The notes beneath the pieces are model-generated. The model ran no database searches. It was not told the DNA's origin and saw only the letters and a list, made by a program, of their open reading frames with translations. Positions 41,767 to 52,004 of a stretch of 64,000 bases of DNA are shown in pieces (the stretch's first letter is position 1; every line of letters starts with the position of its first letter). Source of the stretch: Candidatus Latescibacterota bacterium. Its GTDB lineage: Bacteria; Latescibacterota; UBA2968; SICM01. The DNA lies in the NCBI GenBank assembly GCA_965217865.1, contig CBDCJO010000002.1:448001-512000 (forward strand). Direction: 5' to 3'. The position numbers and the translations under genes were made by a program.

Positions 41767-42873
41767 TTACTCCGCGGGAAGCCACCTGACGAAAAACCGT
41801 TCCCAGTTGCGGAACATCACATTGGCAACATCATCCTGTTTATAACCGCGCTTTTCAAGAACCCCCCCTATTTTCTGATAATCCACCACGGTATCGATCC
41901 CGAACGGCGCACCCTCTTGCCCCCCCTGCCCATCGGTGTCCCCGCCGATGGCCGCGTGTTTTGAATTGCCGGCCAACTGACAAACATGATCGATATGGTC
42001 GACGACGGTCTCAACTGTTACGGCCTCTCTCGGGAAACAGCTGCGACGGTCTGGATGACCCCCACCCCAATCCAGGTTCCATTCCGGATACAGCATCCAC
42101 GTATCCATCGAAGTCCCGATAACCGCCCCACGGTCCAGGATCGCCCTGAGCTGTTCGTCGGAAAACTGTCGCTCGCCCGGAACCAGAGCCCGGCAGTTCT
42201 GGTGGCTTGCGATGACCGGCCCGGAGAAGATATCCAGCGCTTGCCAGAAGGCTTTATCGGAAGTGTGGGTCAGGTCGAGGATCATCCCGATCCCATCCAT
42301 TTCACGAAGGAGAGGATCCGCCTGGGACAGCAGCCCCCCGGGCGTCCCCGTCCCGTGAGCATAGGAGCTGACACCATAGTGGGAAAGGCTGATCACACGT
42401 ACTCCGCACTCCCACCATTCGTGAACCTGTTCGGGGAATAGAATGGGGTCCGCCCCTTCCATACCAAGGACAAAACCGATCGGCAGAGATTGGGGGTCAG
42501 TCGATTTCAACCAGGTCTGTATATGCCCGGTGACATCTTCTCGACCCTTCAGGATGCGCCCCTCGCCTCTCTGCTCCAAAATCCGGTAATAGGCCAATTG
42601 GGCATGAGCCGCCGCATATGCGATATCACCACTCCTGTATCCCGGTAGGGGATTTCCCTCCCGTTGAATACGCGCAACGACTTTGACCAGGGCTGCGGCC
42701 ACCATCCCACGGCGCATCTCCGGAACCGTGGCCATGATCCCCGAACTGGGCCGCCTCTCCGGTTCGGGTGATCCCGCCTGGACTGCTCGGACCTCTGCGA
42801 TCGTCAGAGTCAAGTCCCGGTTCAGATCCAGGGCGCCATGCGCCATGGGATAATCTCCGTCAAATACCAGCAT
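41767..42873 (-). CDS. Membrane dipeptidase (M19 family)
   Basis: MEGADP, LDLTH, ASHQNCRAL, IGGDTDG. Confidence 0.85.
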   Translation of the reverse strand: MLVFDGDYPMAHGALDLNRDLTLTIAEVRAVQAGSPEPERRPSSGIMATVPEMRRGMVAAALVKVVARIQREGNPLPGYRSGDIAYAAAHAQLAYYRILEQRGEGRILKGREDVTGHIQTWLKSTDPQSLPIGFVLGMEGADPILFPEQVHEWWECGVRVISLSHYGVSSYAHGTGTPGGLLSQADPLLREMDGIGMILDLTHTSDKAFWQALDIFSGPVIASHQNCRALVPGERQFSDEQLRAILDRGAVIGTSMDTWMLYPEWNLDWGGGHPDRRSCFPREAVTVETVVDHIDHVCQLAGNSKHAAIGGDTDGQGGQEGAPFGIDTVVDYQKIGGVLEKRGYKQDDVANVMFRNWERFFVRWLPAE

Positions 42874-43009
42874 AGGGTTCCCTCCATAGGATTTTGTCAG
42901 TACCCTTGGCCGATCCCGGAAATTTCCATATATTTATCGGGTGCAAAAACGTTATCGGACCCGACGGGATCGAACCTCCAACTTGCCATAGATCGAAAGG
43001 AGTCTGCTG

Positions 43010-43348
43010 ATGACCGTTCAACAACTTGTCTCCCGTTTTCCGGAGATCCCTGAGGATCTTCACGGGGAGGCTTTGCTCGCCCAATTCGCGGAAACGCTCG
43101 GAGATCTCCTCCAGGTGGCCCAAAACCCCGGTGCCTGTTCGCGCGAGCACGACGCCGGAAATCACTTTTATCTCAAACTGATGCGCCCCATCAATTTTTA
43201 CCGCTACACCTTTATCACAAAGGAGAAGGCACTGGCGGAGATCAAAGACTTTGTGGACCGCCGGGTTGCGGATCCGGATGATTTTGTGAAGAGCCTCCTC
43301 CCGGAGGATCTTGCGGAGCAGGAGGTCAAAGGTCCGGGATGCGAATAA
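43010..43348 (+). CDS. Hypothetical protein
   Basis: 112-aa ORF with AAGGAG RBS in a gap between genes. Confidence 0.65.
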   Translation: MTVQQLVSRFPEIPEDLHGEALLAQFAETLGDLLQVAQNPGACSREHDAGNHFYLKLMRPINFYRYTFITKEKALAEIKDFVDRRVADPDDFVKSLLPEDLAEQEVKGPGCE

Positions 43349-43376
43349 CGAAATTTGTCTAAAAGTCCCGGAAAGG

Positions 43377-44093
43377 TCATTCAAAAAAAGCCTCGCTGTG
43401 CGGTCGCAGGTCCAGTTCAAGCGTCCAGGCGCTTTTGTCCTGTTCAACCAGGCCCCAGTAGGATGCTGCCATCGCGTCGGGGTCCAGAAGAGGCTCATCC
43501 GGACCCGGTGCATAGGCTTTCCGCACTTCCGGCGTATCGATCACCCCATCAACCACAACGTGGGCGACGTGAATCCCCTTCGGCCAGAATTCACGGGCCA
43601 TAGACTCTGCCAGACCCCGGAACCCGAATTTGGCGCTGCTGAAGGCCAGGGCTCCTTTCCTTCCACGCACGGATGACGTTGCCCCGGTAAACAGAATGAC
43701 CCCGCCTCCCGATTTCAGCATATCCGGAACAGCTTCCCTCGAACAGAGGAACCCCCCGTAAACCGTCACCCGCCAGGCCTGTTCGAACTCCTCCAACGTC
43801 AGATCCAAAAGCCCCTTCCAGGCGGCCGTGCTCGCGTGGTTGACAAGGATGTCAACAGACCCGAACGCCTCCCGGACCCGATTAAAACCTCGGGACACCT
43901 GGCCCGGGTCCGTAATGTCGGTGGGGACGCCCAGCACAGAATATTTTTCTTTCTCCACCTCAGAAGTAAGGTCCTTGAGATAGGCCTCGGAACGTGCGAG
44001 CATGCCGACACGACAGCCTTCACTGCAAAACTTTCTAACGAGCGATGCGCCAAGTCCGGGTCCCACACCTGCGATCACGGCGGTTCGGGCCAT
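43377..44093 (-). CDS. SDR-family oxidoreductase
   Basis: AGVGPGLG, FTGATSS, FSSAK, HVAHVVVDG. Confidence 0.9.
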   Translation of the reverse strand: MARTAVIAGVGPGLGASLVRKFCSEGCRVGMLARSEAYLKDLTSEVEKEKYSVLGVPTDITDPGQVSRGFNRVREAFGSVDILVNHASTAAWKGLLDLTLEEFEQAWRVTVYGGFLCSREAVPDMLKSGGGVILFTGATSSVRGRKGALAFSSAKFGFRGLAESMAREFWPKGIHVAHVVVDGVIDTPEVRKAYAPGPDEPLLDPDAMAASYWGLVEQDKSAWTLELDLRPHSEAFFE

Positions 44094-44118
44094 TTTCAGT
44101 CTCCTCTGTGTTTATAGT

Positions 44119-44565
44119 TCATAAATCTGCGGTAATATACTTTAATATTTCCACAACCTGCTCGGGGGTTTCAGCAACGGCGAGGGCCGCCGCATCCACC
44201 TCTTTTAGGGGATGCGTCAAATCCGGTGGGTGAATCGTGATCAGGCGCTTCCCCTTTGCCGCAGCATACCCCGCCTCGAAAGCCGCGTTCCACTGCCGGA
44301 ATTTATCTCCGAATTTTACCACGACAATATCGGATTTATCGATCAGAGTTCCGGTCCTGATCCGGTTTATCTTCGCAGATTTATGGTCTTTCCAAAACGG
44401 GGAATCCTCATCCCCCAGCACTTTCGAACCCACCCCGTCACTTGCACCATGGTCGGTCACAGGACCGAATAGGTCTAAGGGTAGTTCATTATCCCGGGTT
44501 TCTTGAACGATCTTCTCTCTCCAGTCGGAGTGAATTTCCCCTGATAGATAGACAGACATCCTCAT
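44119..44565 (-). CDS. YtoQ-family protein
   Basis: VYLSGEIHSDWR, QWNAAFEAGYA, HPLKEVDAAA. Confidence 0.9.
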   Translation of the reverse strand: MRMSVYLSGEIHSDWREKIVQETRDNELPLDLFGPVTDHGASDGVGSKVLGDEDSPFWKDHKSAKINRIRTGTLIDKSDIVVVKFGDKFRQWNAAFEAGYAAAKGKRLITIHPPDLTHPLKEVDAAALAVAETPEQVVEILKYITADL

Positions 44566-44663
44566 AAACGCGCCTCCCATACTTTTTGAAATTCCATCCT
44601 GAAATACAGGCCTCGAATAATCAAATAACTTAATCCAATTTATGAAAAAAACTGTAAAAACCC

Positions 44664-44712
44664 TTGACAAATCATTTCCAAATAAATATATTTAACCATA
44701 TGGTTAAATATA
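44664..44712 (+). promoter_or_regulatory. Promoter with 26-bp palindromic ArsR operator over the start codon
   Basis: TTGACA (44664)-17 bp-TATATT; TATATTTAACCATATGGTTAAATATA at 44687-44712. Confidence 0.8.
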
Positions 44713-45044
44713 ACAATTCCTCTCTCAACGGTGTATTCGGGGCCCTTTCGGGTCCAACCCGACGGCGAATTGTCGAACTGCTGGCACAGGGTCCTGTCAA
44801 TGTCTCTGAAATCGCTTCCAATTTTCAAATATCCCTCCCCGCTGTCTCCAAACACCTTCGCATCCTCGAACACGCCGGGATCATCACAAGGGAAATCCGG
44901 GGAAGGGAACACCGGTTGAGTCTTCACGCAAATCCGATGGAAGATGCCTCCCAATGGCTGGATCAATACCGTAGATTTTGGGAGGACAGCCTCCAATCCC
45001 TCTCCGAGTATCTCGGAGAAAACCCAAAACCCAAGGAGGGTTGA
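44700..45044 (+). CDS. ArsR/SmtB-family regulator
   Basis: FGALSGPTRRRI, SLPAVSKHLRILEHAG. Confidence 0.9.
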   Translation: MVKYNNSSLNGVFGALSGPTRRRIVELLAQGPVNVSEIASNFQISLPAVSKHLRILEHAGIITREIRGREHRLSLHANPMEDASQWLDQYRRFWEDSLQSLSEYLGENPKPKEG

Positions 45045-45046
45045 TT

Positions 45047-45499
45047 ATGGCAACGGCAGCCAGCACCGCAGTGAGCCTCGAATTGACTCGCGTATTCAAC
45101 GTCCCTCGAGACAGAGTCTACGCGGCCTGGTCGAGCTCGGAAGCCATGAAACAATGGTTTGGCCCCAGTACATGTAATGTGGTCGAAGCCGACTTCGAGC
45201 CCAAAGTGGGAGAACAATACCGGGTCAAGGTGAACAGTTCGGAGATGGGGGAGATCGACCTTACGGGGAGTTTTCGAGAGGTATCTCCTCCGGAAAAGCT
45301 GGTCTTTACCTGGCAGTGGCTCACAGAGCCTATGAGCCATGAGGGCGAGTCGCTCGTCACGGTGGAGTTCGTCGATCTTGGAACCTCTACCGAAATCCGC
45401 CTGACCCACGAAGGATTCCCCTCGGACGAGGCGAAGGACAATCACCAGGAAGGTTGGACCAGTACCCTGGACAGTCTGCAAACTTACCTGTTAAAATAG
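45047..45499 (+). CDS. SRPBCC (AHSA1) domain protein
   Basis: TRVFNVPRDRVYAAW, PPEKLVFTW, HQEGW. Confidence 0.9.
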   Translation: MATAASTAVSLELTRVFNVPRDRVYAAWSSSEAMKQWFGPSTCNVVEADFEPKVGEQYRVKVNSSEMGEIDLTGSFREVSPPEKLVFTWQWLTEPMSHEGESLVTVEFVDLGTSTEIRLTHEGFPSDEAKDNHQEGWTSTLDSLQTYLLK

Positions 45500-45552
45500 C
45501 GGGATCGAAGATATCGCAGAGGTCTTGCGAAGTCAAAGACAGGCGCACGAGA

Positions 45553-45588
45553 AATGGCCCCGAGGATTTCCTTCGGGGCCATTTTGTT
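45553..45588 (+). terminator. Rho-independent terminator
   Basis: AATGGCCCCGAGGA-TT-TCCTTCGGGGCCATT followed by TTGTT. Confidence 0.75.
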
Positions 45589-45695
45589 CTGAGCTTTACG
45601 AATCCGGAAATGACCTTTAAGTTGACATTCCTCCGAAATCATTCCATACTTAAAGTTCGTTTTTCAAATCCCTCGACCCTATTCCCAATCGATCA

Positions 45696-46721
45696 ATGGA
45701 AGAACTGATCGGACTTCTGGTTCAAGGACTCTCCCTACCCCTGCTCTTCGCGATCATCGCCGTAACGATCTACACCCTCGCGAAGGGAGCAGATATACTC
45801 GTCGATCAGGCGGTAATCATCTCCACCCATTGGGGAGTACCCAAAGTTCTGATCGGTGCGACAATCGTCAGCCTGGGAACGACCCTGCCGGAAGCGGCTG
45901 TTTCTGTTCTGGCCTCCCTCCAGGGGAAGCCGGGTCTTGCCCTCGGAAATGCAGTGGGATCCATTATTTGCGATACCGGGCTCGTTCTTGGAACAGCGAC
46001 CCTGATATCTCCCCTCCCGCTGGACAAGGCCATCGTAAATCGCCAGGGGTGGCTCCAGCTGGCTGCCGGATTCCTGCTGGTTGTATCCTGTACTCCCTTC
46101 TCATCCCTCGGAAAGGCCTTCACGGAAGGCGGGAATCTGCCTCAAATCGTTGGGTTTGTATTCCTTCTGCTTCTCGTTGTATACATCTGGAAGTCGATCC
46201 GCTGGGTCAAAATCCAGGATTCCGAATCCGAACTAGAAACGAAAGAAAATCATCTCGATCCATCGGGGACCTTTCCCACGGCGTTCAAGTTGATCTTCGG
46301 GATCGTTCTGGTTGTGGCCTCATCCTGGGTGTTGATTCCGACGGTCCACGAAACTGCTCTACGGTTGAGGATACCCGAAAGCATCATCGCAGCCACCCTT
46401 GTGGCTTTTGGAACCTCACTTCCCGAACTGATTACCGCTGTGACCGCCGCGAGGAAAGGGCACGGAGAAATCGCGGTGGGAAATGTGATCGGTGCGGATA
46501 TCCTGAACGTCCTCTTTGTGGCCGGAACTTCGGCTGCGGTCACGAAAGGCGGTCTGGACGCACCCGTTCAATTCTTTCAGCTCCTCTTCCCCGCAATGTT
46601 GTTTATCCTGATCGCCTTCAGGATCGGAATATTCTGTTCAGGCGACCAGCTAAAACGTCCCTTCGGCATCATCCTCCTTGGGATATACCTGTTGGTGACC
46701 GTCCTGGGATATACCCGATAA
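45696..46721 (+). CDS. Calcium/sodium antiporter (CaCA family)
   Basis: Alpha repeats SLGTTLPE..GNAVGS and AFGTSLPE..GNVIGA. Confidence 0.9.
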   Translation: MEELIGLLVQGLSLPLLFAIIAVTIYTLAKGADILVDQAVIISTHWGVPKVLIGATIVSLGTTLPEAAVSVLASLQGKPGLALGNAVGSIICDTGLVLGTATLISPLPLDKAIVNRQGWLQLAAGFLLVVSCTPFSSLGKAFTEGGNLPQIVGFVFLLLLVVYIWKSIRWVKIQDSESELETKENHLDPSGTFPTAFKLIFGIVLVVASSWVLIPTVHETALRLRIPESIIAATLVAFGTSLPELITAVTAARKGHGEIAVGNVIGADILNVLFVAGTSAAVTKGGLDAPVQFFQLLFPAMLFILIAFRIGIFCSGDQLKRPFGIILLGIYLLVTVLGYTR

Positions 46722-46750
46722 GAAAGCACGCACACACCCTCGAAATTTCC

Positions 46751-47401
46751 TTATTTCTTTATCTGTCCTCGATCCTTCCTGGATGATCTGGCTTCAATCA
46801 CGTTAAATATTCCGAAAAAGAGGCGTCGGACCGCGACTGGCCTCAAACCCGCCTGCCGGACCAGATCGAGGGGCTCCCGGTTCCAATGGCATCCCAGAAA
46901 TTCAGCGTGACCATCCGCTTTCCGATCCTGCCATCGACTCAATCGCTCCCGATCACTTCGCCCGTGTTCCATTAAAAAAATAGTGCCTTCCGACCGGCAT
47001 ACCCGGTCCATCTCGCGGAGGGTTAAACACGGATCTGGAAACGTACACAGGGACAGGCACGAGACGACCGAATCGAAGCTCTGGTCCGGAAACGGGAGGG
47101 CCTTCGCGTCTGCAACTCCGAATCCGATCCCAACCCCGTGACGATCTGCCCGCCGACGTGCGATCCGGAGCATGGCCGGACTCAAGTCGACCGCAATTAC
47201 CCGGCAGCTCTTGGAGTAGGAGGGAAATCCTTTCCCGGTTCCCGCGGCGACCTCCAGGACCCTCCCTGAAGTCCGCCTGAGCAGCCTGTGTCGGAGCCCC
47301 CCCACCCCCAGGGACTCTAATGCTCCTTCGAAAAGATCGTATCGATTCGCGAATCCCTCATACTTTTGCTGAATCTCCGCTGTCGAGAATGAAACGGCCA
47401 C
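46751..47401 (-). CDS. Class I SAM-dependent methyltransferase
   Basis: VLEVAAGTG, LPFPDQSFDSVV. Confidence 0.85.
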   Translation of the reverse strand: MAVSFSTAEIQQKYEGFANRYDLFEGALESLGVGGLRHRLLRRTSGRVLEVAAGTGKGFPSYSKSCRVIAVDLSPAMLRIARRRADRHGVGIGFGVADAKALPFPDQSFDSVVSCLSLCTFPDPCLTLREMDRVCRSEGTIFLMEHGRSDRERLSRWQDRKADGHAEFLGCHWNREPLDLVRQAGLRPVAVRRLFFGIFNVIEARSSRKDRGQIKK

Positions 47402-47603
47402 CGTATATACCCCTATCTCGGGCGTATCTTGCGTAAGAAGCCATACTCTAAGGCTCTAATCGTCTTGTTTACCGTGTTTCCAATTTGCAATTTTCGTTTT
47501 GGGTTCCTTCTTGACACCCTCCTCCGACCCCTGACCTCCAGCTTCTCCTGCCTTTTCTGCCACTGCTACTGCTACTGTTTTCCCCTGACATCCGGCCCCT
47601 CGA

Positions 47604-47699
47604 ACTTCATTGAATATTGAATATCGGAGAATTGAATATTTGAAAACCTAGGATTTGCTTGGCTATATGGCTCTCTTCGATATTCAATCTTCAATTCCC
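47604..47699. repeat. About 90-bp dispersed repeat, copy C
   Basis: Same consensus as the 26104 and 36092 copies. Confidence 0.85.
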
Positions 47700-47823
47700 A
47701 CTGCCCCTGCATTTCTTGCTACTGCCACTGCTACTATTTTTCCCGTTTCACGTCTCACGTTGACGTTTGACCGGCTTTTCTGACCCCTGCATTTTCCATT
47801 TTCCATTTCCATTTCCATGACCA

Positions 47824-48957
47824 CTACCAGTTCGTGAAAGAACCATCCTCTCGATGCAATCTGGGTCCGTGGTCCCATTGAAAGGACATACCTTCCGCCG
47901 CCTGCTCATCGAACGTCACCCCCAACCCAGGAAGTTCCGGCGCCAGCAGGAAACCCGATTCATAGGGAACCTGCACGGGAAACAGGTCAGTCATCGCCGG
48001 TTTACCAACCAGTCCCCCCTCCTGCACCCCAAAATTGTCAGTCGCGATATCCAGATGGAGGCAGGCCGCAGCCGATACGGGTCCAAGGGGATTGTGCGGA
48101 ACGATCTTGATGTAGTGGGTCTCGCACCAGTTTGCGATCTTCCTCGCCTCGGTCAACCCACCTACGATACAGAGGTCGATTCGGGCGTAATCTGCCAACT
48201 CCTCCTCGATCAGTTGACGAAATTCCCATTTCGTCGCATACTGTTCTCCAACGGCCAGGGGGCAGCTGACGTGCTGCCGCACATGCCGGTAGCTCTGGGG
48301 ATTTTCGCACCTGAGCGGATCTTCGATGAAGAACGGATCATAGGCCTCGAGTTTTCTCCCGAGTCGGATGGTATCGGGTGGGTCAAGCCGGGTATGGACG
48401 TCGATACAGAGTTCCACCTCCGGCCCCACGGCCTCCCGGACAGCTGAAAAATGGTCCACCGAATCCCGAACCGCCGTCGAGGGGTCCAGGAGGCCATCCC
48501 GGTCCATCACCGACAGTCGAAGATATCTCCATCCCTCCGCCGTGCAGGCCCGAGCCGCCCGCGCGGTATCTTCCGGACGCTTCCCCCCGATGCCTGTGTA
48601 ACAGACCGCACGGTCCCGCATCTTCCCGCCCAGAAGCATATATACGGGTTGCTCCAAAGCCTTCCCCTTAATGTCCCACAACGCGATGTCGATCGCGCTC
48701 TGTGCCGCCATGTTGATCCTTCCGCCGGGGAAGAAATCCCCCCGAAAAAGCGTCTGCCAAATCCTCTCGATATTCAGAGGATCCTGGTCGATCAGGTCAG
48801 AAGCCATATGCCGGATCGCTCCCAACCCGGCCTGTTCCCTCCAGGTCAGGCCGAATTCTCCCATCCCATATATTCCCTCATCCGTTTCGATCTTCACGAA
48901 CATGTAGTTCCTGGTCTCGTAGAAGACGGGGAACGTCTTAACCTCTGTAATCTTCAT
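47824..48957 (-). CDS. Mandelate racemase / galactonate dehydratase-like enolase-superfamily enzyme
   Basis: SAIDIALWDIKGK, DVHTR, FIEDP, VGE, PHNPLGP. Confidence 0.85.
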   Translation of the reverse strand: MKITEVKTFPVFYETRNYMFVKIETDEGIYGMGEFGLTWREQAGLGAIRHMASDLIDQDPLNIERIWQTLFRGDFFPGGRINMAAQSAIDIALWDIKGKALEQPVYMLLGGKMRDRAVCYTGIGGKRPEDTARAARACTAEGWRYLRLSVMDRDGLLDPSTAVRDSVDHFSAVREAVGPEVELCIDVHTRLDPPDTIRLGRKLEAYDPFFIEDPLRCENPQSYRHVRQHVSCPLAVGEQYATKWEFRQLIEEELADYARIDLCIVGGLTEARKIANWCETHYIKIVPHNPLGPVSAAACLHLDIATDNFGVQEGGLVGKPAMTDLFPVQVPYESGFLLAPELPGLGVTFDEQAAEGMSFQWDHGPRLHREDGSFTNW

Positions 48958-49128
48958 CTCATCTCCATCGTTTCTCGTTCCACCCGGTCTCTTTCCAAAG
49001 CCCTCCGGCCTGGAACCTGAAACCTGGAACCTGGAACTTTGATTGACACCGCCCGATATCCGGCGTATCATGTCCGACGAATTTGCGACCCATGGCCCCC
49101 ACCATAACAGCCACGAAAGGAGCCTGCC

Positions 49129-49509
49129 ATGGCCGTATTCCTTCATACCCGCGTCCGGGTGGGTGACCTGGACAGGGCGATCACATATTATTGCGATAAC
49201 TTCGGGTTCGTTCTGAAGCGGCGCAGCGACCGGTCACCCCAGGGAAATCAGATCGCCCATCTGGAGCTTCCGGGAAATGAACACCTTTGGGAGCTCACCT
49301 ATTCACCCGACTACGAACTCAACGTCCCGGAGGATCTGATGCACATCGCCATCGGAGTTCCGGATCTGATCGCCTTCTGCGATCAACTGGAGAAGAAAGG
49401 GATCGAAATATGGCCCGACGGATGGCGTGAAAAGTTCGTCACAGGAAACAAAATGGCCTTTGTGACCGATCCCGACGGATATGAGATCGAGCTCTTAGAA
49501 CAAGGGTGA
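49129..49509 (+). CDS. VOC-family protein (lactoylglutathione lyase-like)
   Basis: FLHTRVRV, ELTY, HIA, DPDGYEIEL. Confidence 0.85.
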   Translation: MAVFLHTRVRVGDLDRAITYYCDNFGFVLKRRSDRSPQGNQIAHLELPGNEHLWELTYSPDYELNVPEDLMHIAIGVPDLIAFCDQLEKKGIEIWPDGWREKFVTGNKMAFVTDPDGYEIELLEQG

Positions 49510-49533
49510 CGCGACCGGCAACCCTTTTTGAGA

Positions 49534-51120
49534 TCACAGCATGACCTGCCGCGCACTGACCACCCCTTCCAGAGTACGGATCTCGTCCAGCATCTCCGGC
49601 GTAACCGGAGAATCCAGGTTGATGGAGGAAAGGGCACGGCCCCCCGGCTCTGTTCGGCCAAGCCTCCACTCCGCGATGTTGATCCCGTTTTCTCCGAGAA
49701 AGGTGGCCGTTCGCCCGATGACGCCCGGAAGGTCGTTATTGTTCATAAACAACAGCGTTCCCACAGGTTGTGCATCGATCAGGATTCCGTCAACCATGAC
49801 GATCCGCGGATCGTCGCGACCGAAAAGCGTGGCCGAGACCACCCGCTCCCCACCCTCCCAGCCGACCCTGCATGAGATGAGATTGGCGTAATTGGGCGCC
49901 TTGATGCCCTGGGTCTTACTGACGGCTATCCCTCGCTGATGGGCAAGGTGAGGCGCGTTGATGTAATTTATATTTCCCTCCAGAATGGAAGATAAAAGCC
50001 CCTTCAGAAGGGCCACGGTCAGGGCCTGAACGTGGGTCTCGATTTCTTCTCCCTCCAGTTCGACTTCAACCCGCTTGACAGGACCGTCTGCCAGTTGCAT
50101 TTGAAGGTTCCCCACCCGTTCGGCCAGATCGAGGTAGGGCCTTATGCGTCTGAACTCTTCTGGGTCCATCGGGGGCATATTGACGGCATTCCGAAACTCG
50201 ACCTCCCGGAGTGCGTCAAGCACCTGATCCACGATCTGCGTCCCCACATCACGCAGAGCCTCGGTCGTGTTTGCGGCCAGATGGGGCGTCGTTAGGACAT
50301 TAGGGAGCGTACGGAGCGAACTTTCTCTGGGGAGCGGCTCATATTCATAAACGTCCAGGGCGGCCCCACCGATCTGACCCGATCTGATTCCGTCGACCAG
50401 GGCGGCCTCATCGATCAGCTTCCCTCGCGCACAATTGATCAACCGTACCCCCTTCTTCATCATTCCGATCTGATCTGCTCCGATCATTCCCGTGGTCTCG
50501 GGCGTAAGAGGCACGTGCAGGCTGACGAAGTCGGAGGAACTCAACAGCGTTTCCAGATCCACCAGGTCCACATTCAGTTCACGGGCGACGTCATCACTCA
50601 GGTAGGGATCGTAAGTGAGAATATGCATTCCGAAAGCCTGGCATCGCCGAACCACCTGAGCCCCGATTTGGCCCAATCCGATAACGCCGAGGGTCTTTCC
50701 GTATAGTTCCACGCCCAAAAAATCTTCCCGCCTCCAATCCCCTTTTTGCATCGAACCGTGTGCCCCGGTAATGTGACGACAGAGTGCAAGGAGCACGGCG
50801 ATCGTAAATTCCGCAGCCGCCACCGTGTTTGCCCCAGGCGTATTCATAACCATGATCCCGCCAACGCTTGCTGCCTGAATATCGACGTTGTCCAGGCCCA
50901 CACCTGCCCTTCCAACGACCTTCAACCGATCAGCCTGCTTGATAAGATCGGCGGTGATCTTCGTCCGGCTCCGGATTATCCACGCATCATATTCTTTCAC
51001 GATTCGGGAAAGTTCCTCCGGGCTCTCGCCCTTCACCACATCGAATTGGACATCCGGATCTGTCCGCAGCTTGTCAAGGGCCTGAGGGGAGAGCTCGTCG
51101 GTAATCAGAATCCTGAACAT
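49534..51120 (-). CDS. serA: D-3-phosphoglycerate dehydrogenase
   Basis: RAGVGLDN, GLGQIG, NCARG, TPHL, C-terminal ASB and ACT domains. Confidence 0.95.
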   Translation of the reverse strand: MFRILITDELSPQALDKLRTDPDVQFDVVKGESPEELSRIVKEYDAWIIRSRTKITADLIKQADRLKVVGRAGVGLDNVDIQAASVGGIMVMNTPGANTVAAAEFTIAVLLALCRHITGAHGSMQKGDWRREDFLGVELYGKTLGVIGLGQIGAQVVRRCQAFGMHILTYDPYLSDDVARELNVDLVDLETLLSSSDFVSLHVPLTPETTGMIGADQIGMMKKGVRLINCARGKLIDEAALVDGIRSGQIGGAALDVYEYEPLPRESSLRTLPNVLTTPHLAANTTEALRDVGTQIVDQVLDALREVEFRNAVNMPPMDPEEFRRIRPYLDLAERVGNLQMQLADGPVKRVEVELEGEEIETHVQALTVALLKGLLSSILEGNINYINAPHLAHQRGIAVSKTQGIKAPNYANLISCRVGWEGGERVVSATLFGRDDPRIVMVDGILIDAQPVGTLLFMNNNDLPGVIGRTATFLGENGINIAEWRLGRTEPGGRALSSINLDSPVTPEMLDEIRTLEGVVSARQVML

Positions 51121-51398
51121 CTTGGTGCCCCCATCGGGTCAACGATCGCGCATTCCATACAGATTACATTTCAATCCGGATTAATTGCAGAATTCAAAAA
51201 TCATCCACCGAGGGAACATGGGTCAAACCGGGAAGGACTCGGGAGGGCGGTGAATCGACTATAAAGATAGGGGCACGATGGCCGTGCCCCTTTTATCCCT
51301 TCGAAACGTCAGGGAGATCCAAAACCTCTTCAACTCAAACATGGCAACCGGAAAGTCACTTGAACCGCGGATCCCTCACGATCATTTGGTTGAGATAT

Positions 51399-51471
51399 AG
51401 CCACCCGCCGGACTCGAACCGGCGACCTGCTGATTACGAATCAGCTGCTCTACCAACTGAGCTAGGGTGGC
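51399..51471 (-). tRNA. tRNA-Thr(CGT), CCA not encoded
   Basis: GCCACCCTAGCTCAGTTGGTAGAGCAGCTGATTCGTAATCAGCAGGTCGCCGGTTCGAGTCCGGCGGGTGGCT folds as a cloverleaf. Confidence 0.97.
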
Positions 51472-51483
51472 CAAAACGCCTAA

Positions 51484-51512
51484 AGGTTAACGATTGGGTT
51501 CGGGGTTGTCAA
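51484..51512 (-). promoter_or_regulatory. tRNA promoter
   Basis: TTGACA-17 bp-TAACCT. Confidence 0.65.
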
Positions 51513-51529
51513 GCCCATATTCATCCTCC

Positions 51530-51934
51530 CTACCTGCCGCGATCCCGATGGATCATCCCTTTGATCGTCATAGCCAGGGCCTTCGTCGCCCGGTGGCTCA
51601 ACTTGACATTTCCCTTTCGCACGCGCAGGAGGCCTGGCTTTGTTTCGGCTTTGACCTGCTCCATCAGGGCCTTCGCCTCCTCAACCTGACGGGCGGTCTC
51701 CTCCACCTTCTTCGACTGCGGCCACAGGCGAACGAAGACGTAAAGGGTAAGTGTAACCGCGAGGATACCCGAGCATAGCGTGGCGACCATATTCAGCTGA
51801 AACCTGAGGCCAAAGGCAAGCCCGAGGATTAAGATGCCCCCTGTAATCAGGAGGATTTTTGGCAACTGAGACCCAACCCAGGCCACCGTCTCCATAAATG
51901 ATCGTCGTTCTTCTTTCGTTTGTGATTCGTTCAT
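51530..51934 (-). CDS. Hypothetical membrane protein
   Basis: Two TM segments followed by a coiled coil. Confidence 0.6.
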   Translation of the reverse strand: MNESQTKEERRSFMETVAWVGSQLPKILLITGGILILGLAFGLRFQLNMVATLCSGILAVTLTLYVFVRLWPQSKKVEETARQVEEAKALMEQVKAETKPGLLRVRKGNVKLSHRATKALAMTIKGMIHRDRGR

Positions 51935-52004
51935 GGGCGTGATTCGTTAAGAATCGATGTGAATAATTTTTTGAACGGTCACGGATTTTAATCGATAGGA
52001 TTCG

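Noticed and set aside
51300-51530. tRNA-Thr as an integration site
   Set aside because: No integrase nearby and no duplicated tRNA 3' end noticed
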